Below are positions 36,601 through 48,600 of a stretch of 64,000 nt of DNA, in pieces (position 1 is the first letter of the stretch; each line of letters begins with the position of its first letter). Both the position numbers and the translations under genes were made by a program. This DNA is from Antedon mediterranea (lineage: Eukaryota; Animalia; Echinodermata). The notes below the pieces were generated by a model. It had not been told where the DNA came from. It saw only the letters and a program-made list of their open reading frames with translations, and searched no databases. The stretch covers positions 38,180,388-38,244,387 of the forward strand of contig NC_092670.1 in the NCBI RefSeq assembly GCF_964355755.1. The letters run 5' to 3'.

Positions 36601-39600
36601 TAACTTATACAGTAAAGACATACAGTATATGCATTAACTGTTGACAGATTTAATGAAAGGGAAACAAATATAGCCACACTGCAGATATGTTATTTAAATA
36701 ATAATTATTAAGTCAACATTACACAAATACTGTATATGAAACTATTGAAAAATTGCTATTAGGAGGAATAGACACTTCAATAATAAGTATAAATATAATA
36801 ATAATAATAATAACGAGGCAAGCAGTTTATATTTAATATTACTTATATGGTACAACTGTCGAACAATTGAACTTCAATCAAAGTGTAATAAGTAAAAAAC
36901 AAGCAAATGACATTTGATAAAGTTATTCTTACCAACTACTGTGACAGGGAATGAACAATTTCCCATATTTCCAGCTTCATCAAAAGCTGTAAAAGTTACA
37001 ATGGTTTCACCGAAGCTAAACATTGAACCCGAAGGTATATCAAAACTTTCAGAGGTAATACCAACATTGTCAGAAGCGGCTGCTGTATAGTTTACAACTG
37101 TCATTCCAGCACCCTCATTTAAAATTGTGGATACATTGTTTGGACACGACACAGCAGGAGGATCGATATCTGAAAATATATATTATTAGTAATAAATACT
37201 ACTGTTAGAAAAAGTTACATTTTTTTGTGGTTTTTGTAGTGGTTAAATATATTACAAATTCGGCCTACCTGCAGGTAGTGTTGTTGATATCAGTGTCGTT
37301 AATACTTCAGTTGTTGCTGCTTTTGTTGTTGATACTTCAGTTGTTGCAGCTTTTATTGTTGATTTAGTTGTTGATGCTTCTGTCGTTGGTGCCTTTGTCG
37401 ATGATGTATCTGTTGTTGATGCTTCAGTTGTGGCCGCTGCTGTTGTTAATATTTCAGTTGATGATAATTTAGTTGTTGGTGCTTCTGTCGTTGGTGCTTC
37501 AGTTGTTGGTGCTTCTGTCGTTGATGACTTTGTCGATGATGCATCTGTTGATACTTCAGTTGTAAATGTTTCTATCGTTGATGCTTCTGTCGTTGGTGCT
37601 TCTGTCGTTGGTGCTTCTGTCGTTGACGCTTCTGTCGATGACGCTTCTGTCGTTGATGCTTCTGTCGATGATGTTTCAGTTGTGGCCGCTGATGTTGTTG
37701 ATATTTCAGTTGTCGATACTTCAGTTTTTGGTGCTTCTGTCGTCGCTGCTTCTGTCGTCGCTGCTTCTGTCGTTGACGCTTCAGTTGTTAATGGTTCTGT
37801 TGTCACTGCTTCTGTCGTTGACGCTTCTGTTGTTGACGCTTCAGTTGTTGACGCGTCAGTTGTTGCTGCCTCTGTTGTGGATGAGGCTGTTGTGATTGAT
37901 ACTTCAGTAAACATTTCAGATGTTGATGCTGCAGATATAGATAATTCAGTTAACGGCTGGTCAGAAGTTGATGTTGTAGCAGTAAGCTCTGGGAATGGTT
38001 CTTCGGTGTTTATTAATTCAGTGAACTCTCCTTCAATTTCTGTTGCCTCTGTAACTGGTTCTTCGGTGTTTAATAATTCAGTGAACTCTCCTTCAATTTC
38101 TGTTGCCTCTGTAAATGGTTCTTCGGTGTTTATTAATTCAGTGAACTCTCCTTCAATTTCTGTTGCCTCTGTAACTGGTTCTTCGGTGTTTATTAATTCA
38201 GTGAACTCTCCTTTAATTTCTGTTGCCTCTGTAAATGGTTCCTCGGTATTTAGTGATTCAGTTAACTCTCCTTCAATTTCTGTTGCCTCTGTAACTGGTT
38301 CTTCGGTGTTTATTAATTCAGTGAACTCTCCTTCAATTTCTGTTGCCTCTGTAAATGGTTCTTCGGTGTTTATTAATTCAGTGAACGCTCCTTTAATTTC
38401 TGTTGCTTCTGTAACTGGTTCTTCGGTGTTTAATAATTCAGTGAACTCTCCTTCAATTTCTGTTGCCTCTGTGAATGGTTCTTCGGTGTTTAGTGATTCA
38501 GTTAACTCTCCTTCACTTTTGGTGGCCTCTGTGGCTGGTTCTTCGGTGTTTATTAATTCAGTGAACTCTCCTTCAATTTCTGTTGCCTCTGTGAATGGTT
38601 CTTCGGTGTTTATTAATTCAGTGAACTCTCCTTCAATTTCTGTTGCCTCTGTAACTGGTTCTTCGGTGTTTATTAATTCAGTGAACTCTCCTTCAATTTC
38701 TGTTGCCTCTGTAACTGGTTCTTCGGTGTTTATTAATTCAGTGAACTCTCCTTCAATTTCTGTTGCATCTGTAAACGGTTCTTCGGTGTTTATTAATTCA
38801 GTGAACTCTCCATCAAATTCTGTTGCCTCTGTAACTGGTTCTTCGGTGTTTAATAATTCAGTGAACTCTCCTTCAATTTCTGTTGCCTCTGTAACTGGTT
38901 CTTCGGTGTTTAATAATTCAGTGAACTCTCCTTCAATTTCTGTTGCCTCTGTAACTGGTTCTTCGGTGTTTATTAATTCAGTGAACTCTCCTTTAATTTC
39001 TGTTGCCTCTGTGAATGGTTCTTCGGTGTTTAATAATTCAGTGAACTCTCCTTTAATTTCTGTTGCCTCTGTAAATGGTTCTTCGGTGTTTATTAATTCA
39101 GTGAACTCTCCTTCAATTTCTGTTGCCTCTGTGAATGGTTCTTCGGTGTTTATTAATTCAGTGAACTCTCCTTTAATTTCTGTTGCCTCTGTAAATGGTT
39201 CTTCGGTGTTTAATAATTCAGTGAACTCTCCTTTAATTTCTGTTGCCTCTGTAAATGGTTCTTCGGTGTTTATTAATTCAGTGAACTCTCCTTCAATTTC
39301 TGTTGCCTCTGTAACTGGTTCTTCGGTGTTTATTAATTCAGTGAACTCTCCTTTAATTTCTGTTGCCTCTGTAAATGGTTCTTCGGTGTTTATTAATTCA
39401 GTGAACTCTCCTTTAATTTCTGTTGCCTCTGCGAATGGTTCTTCAGTGTTTAATAATTCAGTGAACTCTCCTTCAATTTCTGTTGCCTCTGTAAATGGTT
39501 CCTCGGTATTTAGTGATTCAGTTAACTCTCCTTCACTTTTGGTGGCCTCTGTGGCTGGTTCTTCAGTGTTCAATAATTCAGTGAACTCTCCTTCACTTTT

Positions 39601-42600
39601 GGTGGCCTCTGTGGCTGGTTCTTCAGTGTTCAATAATTCAGTGAACTCGACTTCACTTTTGGTTGCCTCTGTGAATGGTTCTTCGGTTTTTGAAAATGTA
39701 AGCCTTTCCTCAATTTCTGTTATCCCTGTGAGCGATTCTTCAGTGCTTAAATCAGTGAATGTTCCACGAATTGTTGTTGCATCTATTGCCGATTCTTCAG
39801 TGTTAAAATCAGTGAACGTTCCTTCAATTTCTGTTATACTTGTGGGCGATTCTACAGTGTTTAAACCAGTGAATTTTCCATCAATTGTTGTTACATATAT
39901 TGGAAATTCTTCAGTGTTTAAATCAGTGAACGTTCCTTCAGTTGTTGTTGCATCTATTGGCGATTCTTCAGTCTTTAAATCAGTGAACGTTCCTTCAATT
40001 GTTGTTCCATCTATTGGCGATTCATCAGTGATTATATCAGTGAACGTTTCTTCAATTGTTGTTGCATCTATTGGCGATTCTTCAGTCTTTAAATCAGTGA
40101 ACGTTCCTTCAATTGTTGTTCCATCTATTGGCGATTCATCAGTGATTATATCAGTGAACGTTTCTTCAATTGTTGTTGCATCTATTGGCGATTCCTTAGT
40201 GTTTAAATCAGTGAACGTTCCTTCAGTTGTTGTTGCATCTATTGGCAATTCTTCGGTCTTTAAATAAGTGAACGTTCCATCAATTGTTGTTGCATCTATT
40301 AGCGATTCTTCAGTGTTTAAATCAGTAAACGTTCTTTCAATTGTTGTTGCATCTATTGGCGATTCTTTAGTGTTTAAATCAGTGAAAGTTCCTTCAATTG
40401 TTGTTGCATCTATTGGCAATTCTTCAGTGTTTAAATCAGTAAACGTTCCATCAATTGTTGTTGCATCTACTGGCGATTCTTCAGTGTTTAAATCAGTAAA
40501 CGTTCCATCAATTGTTGTTGCATCTATTGGCAATTCTTCAGTGTTTAAATCGGTGAACGTTCCTTCAGTTGTTGTTGCATCTATTGGCGATTCTTTAGTG
40601 TTTAAATCAGTGAACGTTCCTTCAATTGTTGTTGCATCTATTGGCGATTCTTCAGTGTTTAAATTAGTGAACGTTCTTTCAGTTGTTGTTGCATCTATTG
40701 GCAATTCTTCAGTCTTTAAATAAGTGAACGTTCCATCAATTGTTGTTGCATCTATTAGCGATTCTTCAGTGTTTGAATCAGTGAACGTTCTTTCAATTGT
40801 TGTTGCATCTATTGGCGATTCTTTAGTGTTTAAATCAGTGAACGTTCCTTCAATTGTTGTTGCATCTATTGGCGATTCTTCAGTGTTTAAATCAGTGAAC
40901 GTTCTCTCAGTTGTTGTTGCATCTATTGGCAATTCTTCAGTGTTTAAATTGGTGAACGTTCCTTCAGTTGTTGTTGCATCTATTGGCGATTCTTTAGTGT
41001 TTAAATGAGTGAACGTTCCTTCAATTGTTGTTGCATCTATTGGCGATTCTTCAGTGTTTAAATCAGTGAACGTTCCTTCAGTTGTTGTTGCATCTATTGG
41101 CAATTCTTCAGTCTTTAAATAAGTGAACGTTCCATCAATTGTTGTTGCATCTATTAGCGATTCTTCAGTGTTTAAATCAGTGAACGTTCTTTCAATTGTT
41201 GTTGCATCTATTGGCGATTCTTTAGTGTTTAAATCAGTGAACGTTCCTTCAATTGTTGTTGCATTTATTGGCGATTCTTCAGTGTTTAAATCAGTGAACG
41301 TTCGTTCAATTGTTGTTGCATCTATTGGCAATTCTTCAGTGTTTAAATCGGTGAACGTTCCTTCAGTTGTTGTTGCATCTATTGGCGATTCTTTAGTGTT
41401 TAAATCAGTGAACGTTCCTTCAATTATTGTTGCATCTATTGGCGATTCCTTAGTGTTTAAATCAGTGAACGTTCCTTCAATTGTTGTTGCATTTATTGGC
41501 GATTCTTCAGTGTTTAAATCAGTGAACGTTCGTTCAATTGTTGTTGCATCTGTGGTATCGACATCAGTTGTTGGATTTTGTGCAGTTGATTTTTCAGCTA
41601 ATAATTCAGTTGTTGCTTTCGTAGTTGTCTCAACATCAGTTGTTGGATTTTGTGCAGTTGATTTTTCAGCTAATAATTCAGTTTTTGCCTTAGTTGTCTC
41701 GGCATCAGTGGTTGGATTTTGTGCAGTTGATTTTTCAGCTAATAATTCAGTTGTTGGCTCAGTTGTCTCAACATCAGTGGTTGGATTTTGTGCAGTTGAT
41801 TTTTCAACTAATAATTCAGTTGTTGTCTTAGTTGTCTCGACATCAGTGGTTGGATTTTGTGCAGTTGATTTTTCAGCTAATAATTCAGTTGTTGCTTTTG
41901 TGGTCTCGACATCAGTTGTTGGATTTTGTGCAGTTGATTTTTCAGCTAATAATTCAGTTGTTGCTTTAGTGGTCTCGACATCAGTTGTTGGATTTTGTGC
42001 AGTTGATTTTTCAGCTAATAATTCAGTTGTTGCTTTAGTGGTCTCGATATCAGTGGTTGGATTTTGTGCAGTTGATTTTTCAGCTAATAATTCAGTTGTT
42101 GCCTTAGTTGTCTCGACATCAGTAGTTGGATTTTGTGCAGTTGATATTTCAACTAATAATTCAGTTGTTGCTTTAGTGGTCTCGACATCAGTTGTTGGAT
42201 TTTGTGCAGTTGATTTTTCAGCTAATAATTCAGTTGTTGCTTTAGTGGTCTCGACATCTGTAGTTGGATTTTGTGCAGTTGATTTTTTAGCTAATAATTC
42301 AGTTGTTGCTTTAGTGGTTCCTACCTCAGTGGTGGGATATTGTGCAGTTGATATTTCAGCTAATAATTTAGTTGTTGCTTGTGTAGTCTCGACATCAGTT
42401 GTTGGATTTTGTGCAGTTGATTTTTCAGCTAATAATTCAGTTGTTGCTTTAGTGGTCTCGACATCAGTTGTGGGATTTTGTGCAGTTGATTTTTCAGCTA
42501 ATAATTCAGTTGTTGCTTTAGTGGTCTCGACATCAGTTGTTGGATTTTGTGCAGTTGATTTTTCAGCTAATAATTCAGTTGTTGCTTTAGTGGTCTCGAC

Positions 42601-45600
42601 ATCAGTGGTTGGATTTTGTGCAGTTGATTTTTCAGCTAATAATTCAGTTGTTGCCTTAGTTGTCTCGACATCAGTAGTTGGATTTTGTGCAGTTGATATT
42701 TCAACTAATAATTCAGTTGTTGCTTTAGTGGTCTCGACATCAGTGGTTGGATTTTGTGCAGTTGATTTTTCAGCTAATAATTCAGTTGTTGCTTTAGTGG
42801 TCTCGACATCTGTAGTTGGATTTTGTGCAGTTGATTTTTTAGCTAATAATTCAGTTGTTGCTTTAGTGGTCCCTACCTCAGTGGTGGGATTTTGTGCAGT
42901 TGATATTTCAGTTAATAATTCAGTTGTTGCTTTAGTGGTCTCGACATCAGTTGTTGGATTTTGTGCAGTTGATTTTTCAGCTAATATTTCAGTTGTTGCT
43001 TTAGTGGTCTCGACATCTGTAGTTGGATTTTGTGCAGTTGATTTTGTAGCTAATAATTCAGTTGTTGCTTTAGTGGTCCCTACCTCAGTGGTTGGATTTT
43101 GTGTAGTTGATTTTTCAGTTAATAATTCAGTTGTTGCGTTCGTAGTATCGACATCAGTAGGTGGATTTTGTGCAGTTGATTTTTCAGCTAATAATTCAGT
43201 TGTTGCTTTAGTGGTCTCGACATCAGTGGTTGGATTTTGTGCAGTTGATATTTCAGCTAATAATTTAGTTGTTGCTTGTGTAGTCTCGACATCAGTTGTT
43301 GGATTTTGTGCAGTTGATTTTTCAGCTAATAATTCAGTTGTTGCTTTAGTGGTCTCGACATCAGTTGTGGGATTTTGTGCTGTTGATTTTTCAGCTAATA
43401 ATTCAGTTGTTGCTTTAATTGTCTCGACATCAGTGGTTGGATTTTGTGCAGTTGATTTTTCAGCTAATAATTCAGTTGTTGCTTTAGTGGTCTCGACATC
43501 AGTTGTTGGATTTTGTGCAGTTGATTTTTCAGGTAATAATTCAGTTGTGACTTTAGTGGTCTCGACATCTGTAGTTGAATTTTGTGCAGTTGATTTTTCA
43601 GCTAATAATTCGGTTGTTGCTTTAGTGGTCTCGACATCAGTGGTTGGATTTTGTGCAGTTGATTTTTCAGCTAATAATTCAGTTGTTGCTTTAGTGGTCT
43701 CGACATCAGTGGTTGGATTTTGTGCTGTTGATTTTTCAGCTAATAATTCAGTTGTTGCTTTAGTGGTCTCGACATCAGTAGTTGGATTTTGTGCAGTTGA
43801 TTTTTCAGCTAATAATTTGGTAGTTGCTTTAGTGGTCTCGACATCAGTGGTTGGATTTTGTGAGGTTGATTTTTCAGCTAATAATTCAGTTGTTGCTTTA
43901 GTGGTTTCGACATCAGTGGTTGGATTTTGTGCAGTTGATTTTTCAGGTAATAATTCAGTTGTTGCCTTAGTTTTCTCGGCATCAGTGGTTGGATTTTGTG
44001 CTGTTGATTTTTCAGTTAATAATTCAGTTGTTGCTTTAGTTGTCTCGTCATCAGTAGTTGGATTTTGTGCAGTTGATTTTTCAGCTAATAATTCAGTTGT
44101 TGCTTTAGTGGTCTCGACATCAGTGGTTGGATGTTGTGCAGTTGATTTTTCAGCTAATAATTCGGTTGTTGCCTTAGTTGTCTCGACATCAGTGGTAGGA
44201 TTTTGTGCTGTTGATTTTTCAGTTAATAATACAGTTGTTGCTTTAGTTGTCTCGACATGATTCGTTGGATGTTGTGCAGTTGATTTTTCAGCTAATAATT
44301 CAGTTGTTGCTTTAGTGGTCTCGACATCAGTGGTTGGATTTTGTGCTGTTGATTTTTCAGTTAATAATTCAGTTGTTGCTTTAGTTGTCTCGTCATCAGT
44401 AGTTGGATTTTGTGCAGTTGATTTTTCAGCTAATAATTCGGTTGTTGCTTTAGTGGTCTCGACATCAGTGGTTGGATGTTGTGCAGTTGATTTTTCAGCT
44501 AATAATTCGGTTGTTGCCTTAGTTGTCTCGACATCAGTGGTTGGATGTTGTGCAGTTGATTTTTCCGCTAATAATTCGGTTGTTGCTTTAGTGGTCTCGA
44601 CATCAGTGGTTGGATTTTGTGCAGTTGATTTTTCTGGTAATAATTCGGTTGTTGCTTTAGTGGTCTCGACATCAGTGGTTGGATTTTGTGCAGTTGATTT
44701 TTCAGCTAATAATTCAGTTGTTGGCTCAGTGATCTCGACATCAGTGGTTGGATTTTGTGCAGATGATTTTTCAGCTAATAATTCAGTTGTTGCTTTAGTG
44801 GTCTCGACATCAGTGGTTGGATTTTGTGCAGTTGATTTTTCAGGTAATAATTCAGTTGTTGCCTTAGTTTTCTCGGCATCAGTGGTTGGATTTTGTGCTG
44901 TTGATTTTTCAGTTAATAATTCAGTTGTTGCTTTAGTTGTCTCGGCATCAGTATTTGGATTTTGTGCTGTTGATTTTTCAGTTAATAATTCAGTTGTTGC
45001 TTTAGTGGTCTCGACATTAGTGGTTGGATGTTGTGCAGTTGATTTTTCAGCTAATAATTCGGTTGTTGCTTTAGTTGTCTCGACATCAGTGGTTGGATTT
45101 TGTGCAGTTGATTTTTCAGCTAATAATTTGGTTGTTGCTTTAGTGGTCTCGACATCAGTGGTTGGATTTTGTGCTGTTGATTTTTCAGCTAATAATTCAG
45201 TTGTTGCTTTAGTGGTCTCGACATCAGTGGTTGGATTTTGTGCAGTTGATTTTTCAGCTAATAATTCAGTTGTTGGCTCAGTGATCTCGACATCAGTGGT
45301 TGGATTTTGTGCAGATGATTTTTCAGCTAATAATTCAGTTGTTTCTTTAGTGGTCTCGACATCAGTGGTTGGATTTTGTGCAGTTGATTTTTTAGGTAAT
45401 AATTCAGTTGTTGCCTTAGTTTTCTCGGCATCAGTGGTTGGATTTTGTGCTGTTGATTTTTCAGTTAATAATTCAGTTGTTGCTTTAGTTGTCTCGGCAT
45501 CAGTATTTGGATTTTGTGCTGTTGATTTTTCAGTTAATAATTCAGTTGTTGCTTTAGTGGTCTCGACATTAGTGGTTGGATGTTGTGCAGTTGATTTTTC

Positions 45601-48600
45601 AGCTAATAATTCGGTTGTTGCTTTAGTTGTCTCGACATCAGTGGTTGGATTTTGTGCAGTTGATTTTTCAGCTAATAATTCAGTTGTTGCTTTAGTGGTC
45701 TCGACATCAGTGGTTGGATGTTGTGCAGTTGATTTTTCAGCTAATAATTCAGTTGTTGCTTTAGTTGTCTCGACATCAGTAGTTGGATTTTGTGCAGTTG
45801 ATTTTTCAGCTAATAATTCGGTAGTTGCTTTAGTGGTCTCGACATCAGTGGTTGGATTTTGTGAGGTTGATTTTTCAGCTAATAATTCAGTTGTTGCTTT
45901 AGTGGTTTCGACATCAGTGGTTGGATTTTGTGCAGTTGATTTTTCAGGTAATAATTCAGCTGTTGCCTTAGTTTTCTCGGCATCAGTGGTTGGATTTTGT
46001 GCTGTTGATTTTTCAGTTAATAATTCAGTTGTTGCTTTAGTTGTCTCGTCATCAGTAGTTGGATTTTGTGCAGTTGATTTTTCAGCTAATAATTCAGTTG
46101 TTGCTTTAGTGGTCTCGACATCAGTGGTTGGATGTTGTGCAGTTGATTTTTCAGCTAATAATTCAGTTGTTGCTTTAGTGGTCTCGACATCAGTGGTTGG
46201 ATGTTGTGCAGTTGATTTTTCCGCTAATAATTCGGTTGTTTCTTTAGTGGTCTCGACATCAGTGGTTGGATTTTGTGCAGTTGATTTTTCAGCTAATAAT
46301 TCGGTTGTTGCTTTAGTGGTCTCGACATCAGTGGTTGGATTTTGTGCAGTTGATTTTTCAGCTAATAATTCAGTTGTTGCTTTAGTGGTCTCGACATCAG
46401 TGGTTGGATTTTGTGCAGTTGATTTTTCAGCTAATAATTCAGTTGTTGGCTCAGTGATCTCGACATCAGTGGTTGGATTTTGTGCAGATGATTTTTCAGG
46501 TAATAATTCAGTTGTTGCCTTAGTTTTCTCGGCATCAGTGGTTGGATTTTGTGCTGTTGATTTTTCAGTTAATAATTCAGTTGTTGCTTTAGTGGTCTCG
46601 ACATCAGTGGTTGGATGTTGTGCAGTTGATTTTTCAGCTAATAATTCGGTTGTTGCTTTAGTTGTCTCGACATCAGTGGTTGGATTTTGTGCAGTTAATT
46701 TTTCAGCTAATAATTCAGTTGTTGCTTTAGTGGTCTCGACATCAGTGGTGAGATGTTGTGCAGTTGATTTTTCAGCTAATAATTCCGTTGTTTCCTTAGT
46801 TGTCTCGACATCAGTGGTTGGATTTTGTGCAGTTGATTTTTCAGCTAATAATTCGGTTGTTGCTTTAGTGGTCTCGACATCAGTGGTAGGATTTTGTGCA
46901 GTTGATTTTTCAGTTAATAATTCAGTTGTTGCTTTAGCGATCTCATCAGTACGATTTTGTGTTGTTGGATCTCGTGTAGTTTCAATTGTTGCATTAGTGG
47001 TTTCTGTTTTAGTAGTATGTTCTTTTGTAGAGAATATTTCAGTTGAAATAGTCGTCTCTTCTTCTTGGTTATTTCCTGTAATTTGAATATGAGTTGTGGT
47101 ATAAATTCTTACATTTGAATACCGTAGGTAAAAAAACAAAATAGGTAAGAAATAATCACGAATACTAACAAATAATACTATTACGGACACACAACATTCA
47201 GAAATGAATAATTGTTATGATACTGCAATAGCCTACCTCCTTTAGTTACTGATAGGAACAGAGAGTATGGCATGAAATTCCCCGGTAGGAAATATGTTAA
47301 AATGTTTTCTCCGGTGTGTTTGTCAGCACGAAAAATGTTATCGTCATTTAATTGAGTCCAATATAGGTTCTGTTTATAGATCTGCAAACTGACAACTGGT
47401 ACATCAGTGATGACGTCAACTCTGCTACGATCCGAGAGTTCCAAATATGATATCATCCGAGCGACTGTGTCTCCCCAGTAAATTCGATCAGCTATCAAAA
47501 ACAAAAAATTATAAAATTATCTTTACCCCAAAAAAATGTGGACCATTCTTTTCTTTCGCACTAACACTTACATAGTCAAATTGGCTGAGGCTCTCTATTA
47601 TTTTACGTACGCATGCGAATACAACGATTGTATTAACGGTTCGTTATTTTTGCCGATTCTTAGTACTGTAATGACGGTACAAAATCATAGGCAAATTTTA
47701 TAATACAGTGTTACATAGTATCACATGTGATTCTGTATCATGGCAATAAGATGAACCTAACCAATTCTACAGACGAAACGTGCTTATATATGGACATAAT
47801 ATTTTCTTACTGTATGTGCACATATACTTAGTGGAGTACAGAAAATGATCATTTCTGTATACTTTATAAAAGACGCCACGCGAATGTAATAATATATTAC
47901 TAATAAAGAGCTGTATTGATTTCTGACTTTCACGTGTCAGATGGACATTTAGGTACCCAAACAAGTACACTTTATTAAACCAAATTTTTCGCTTTAATTA
48001 TTCTATTCATACTACAAAATGAAATGGTGCAAACCACAAAGAGTTTTACAAGTGTTTACGTCCGAGCAACAATGAAATCCAAGGCCAATTCTCGTGAATT
48101 CATTCTGGCCCACTTTGTCACGCTTCTGTCGAATTTTGTTTTGATATATAGAATAATAGATTAGAAATTAAAGTCCGGGTATTACTTACGTTTAGGTGCT
48201 ATGAATACTGATATCGGTTGTATTAATCCATTTCCTAGCAAGGTTATCACGTTACTACCATTAAAGGCGGCCTGTTGAATAGACGGGGCAGTTCCTCCTG
48301 TCGACCAAACTATTAGACTATAAAACACATAATATATAGTGAAAGTACACTCTTCCCTGATCAAATTTATTTTCATCAATTGGCCCCCCGCTTCTGAATG
48401 AATATCAGTTTCTGAAGATTTATTTGTGGATTTCGTAGACTCAAAGTAGGACGGAACCCATTAAAGTGTCCCCTAGAAAAGATTAGTTAGAAAAATTATT
48501 ATAAATCATCCATACTTGTCTTATGTTAAGCTCTGTTTACAAACTAGTTTGACAAAAAAGTGTAATGTGCCCAAATATGGTTATGACATCAACGTCAGTT

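Noticed and set aside
37430-47086. Long plus-strand Val/Ser-rich ORFs (945, 1045, 923 aa and others)
   Set aside because: They are the antisense shadow of the Thr/Glu repeat exon. They are broken by sporadic stops while the minus frame stays open and is spliced into the aGPCR.
37252-47190. Stand-alone 3,312-aa mucin ORF
   Set aside because: Its first ~38 and last ~5 codons are intronic read-through. Proper splice sites at 47075 and 37269 place it inside the aGPCR.
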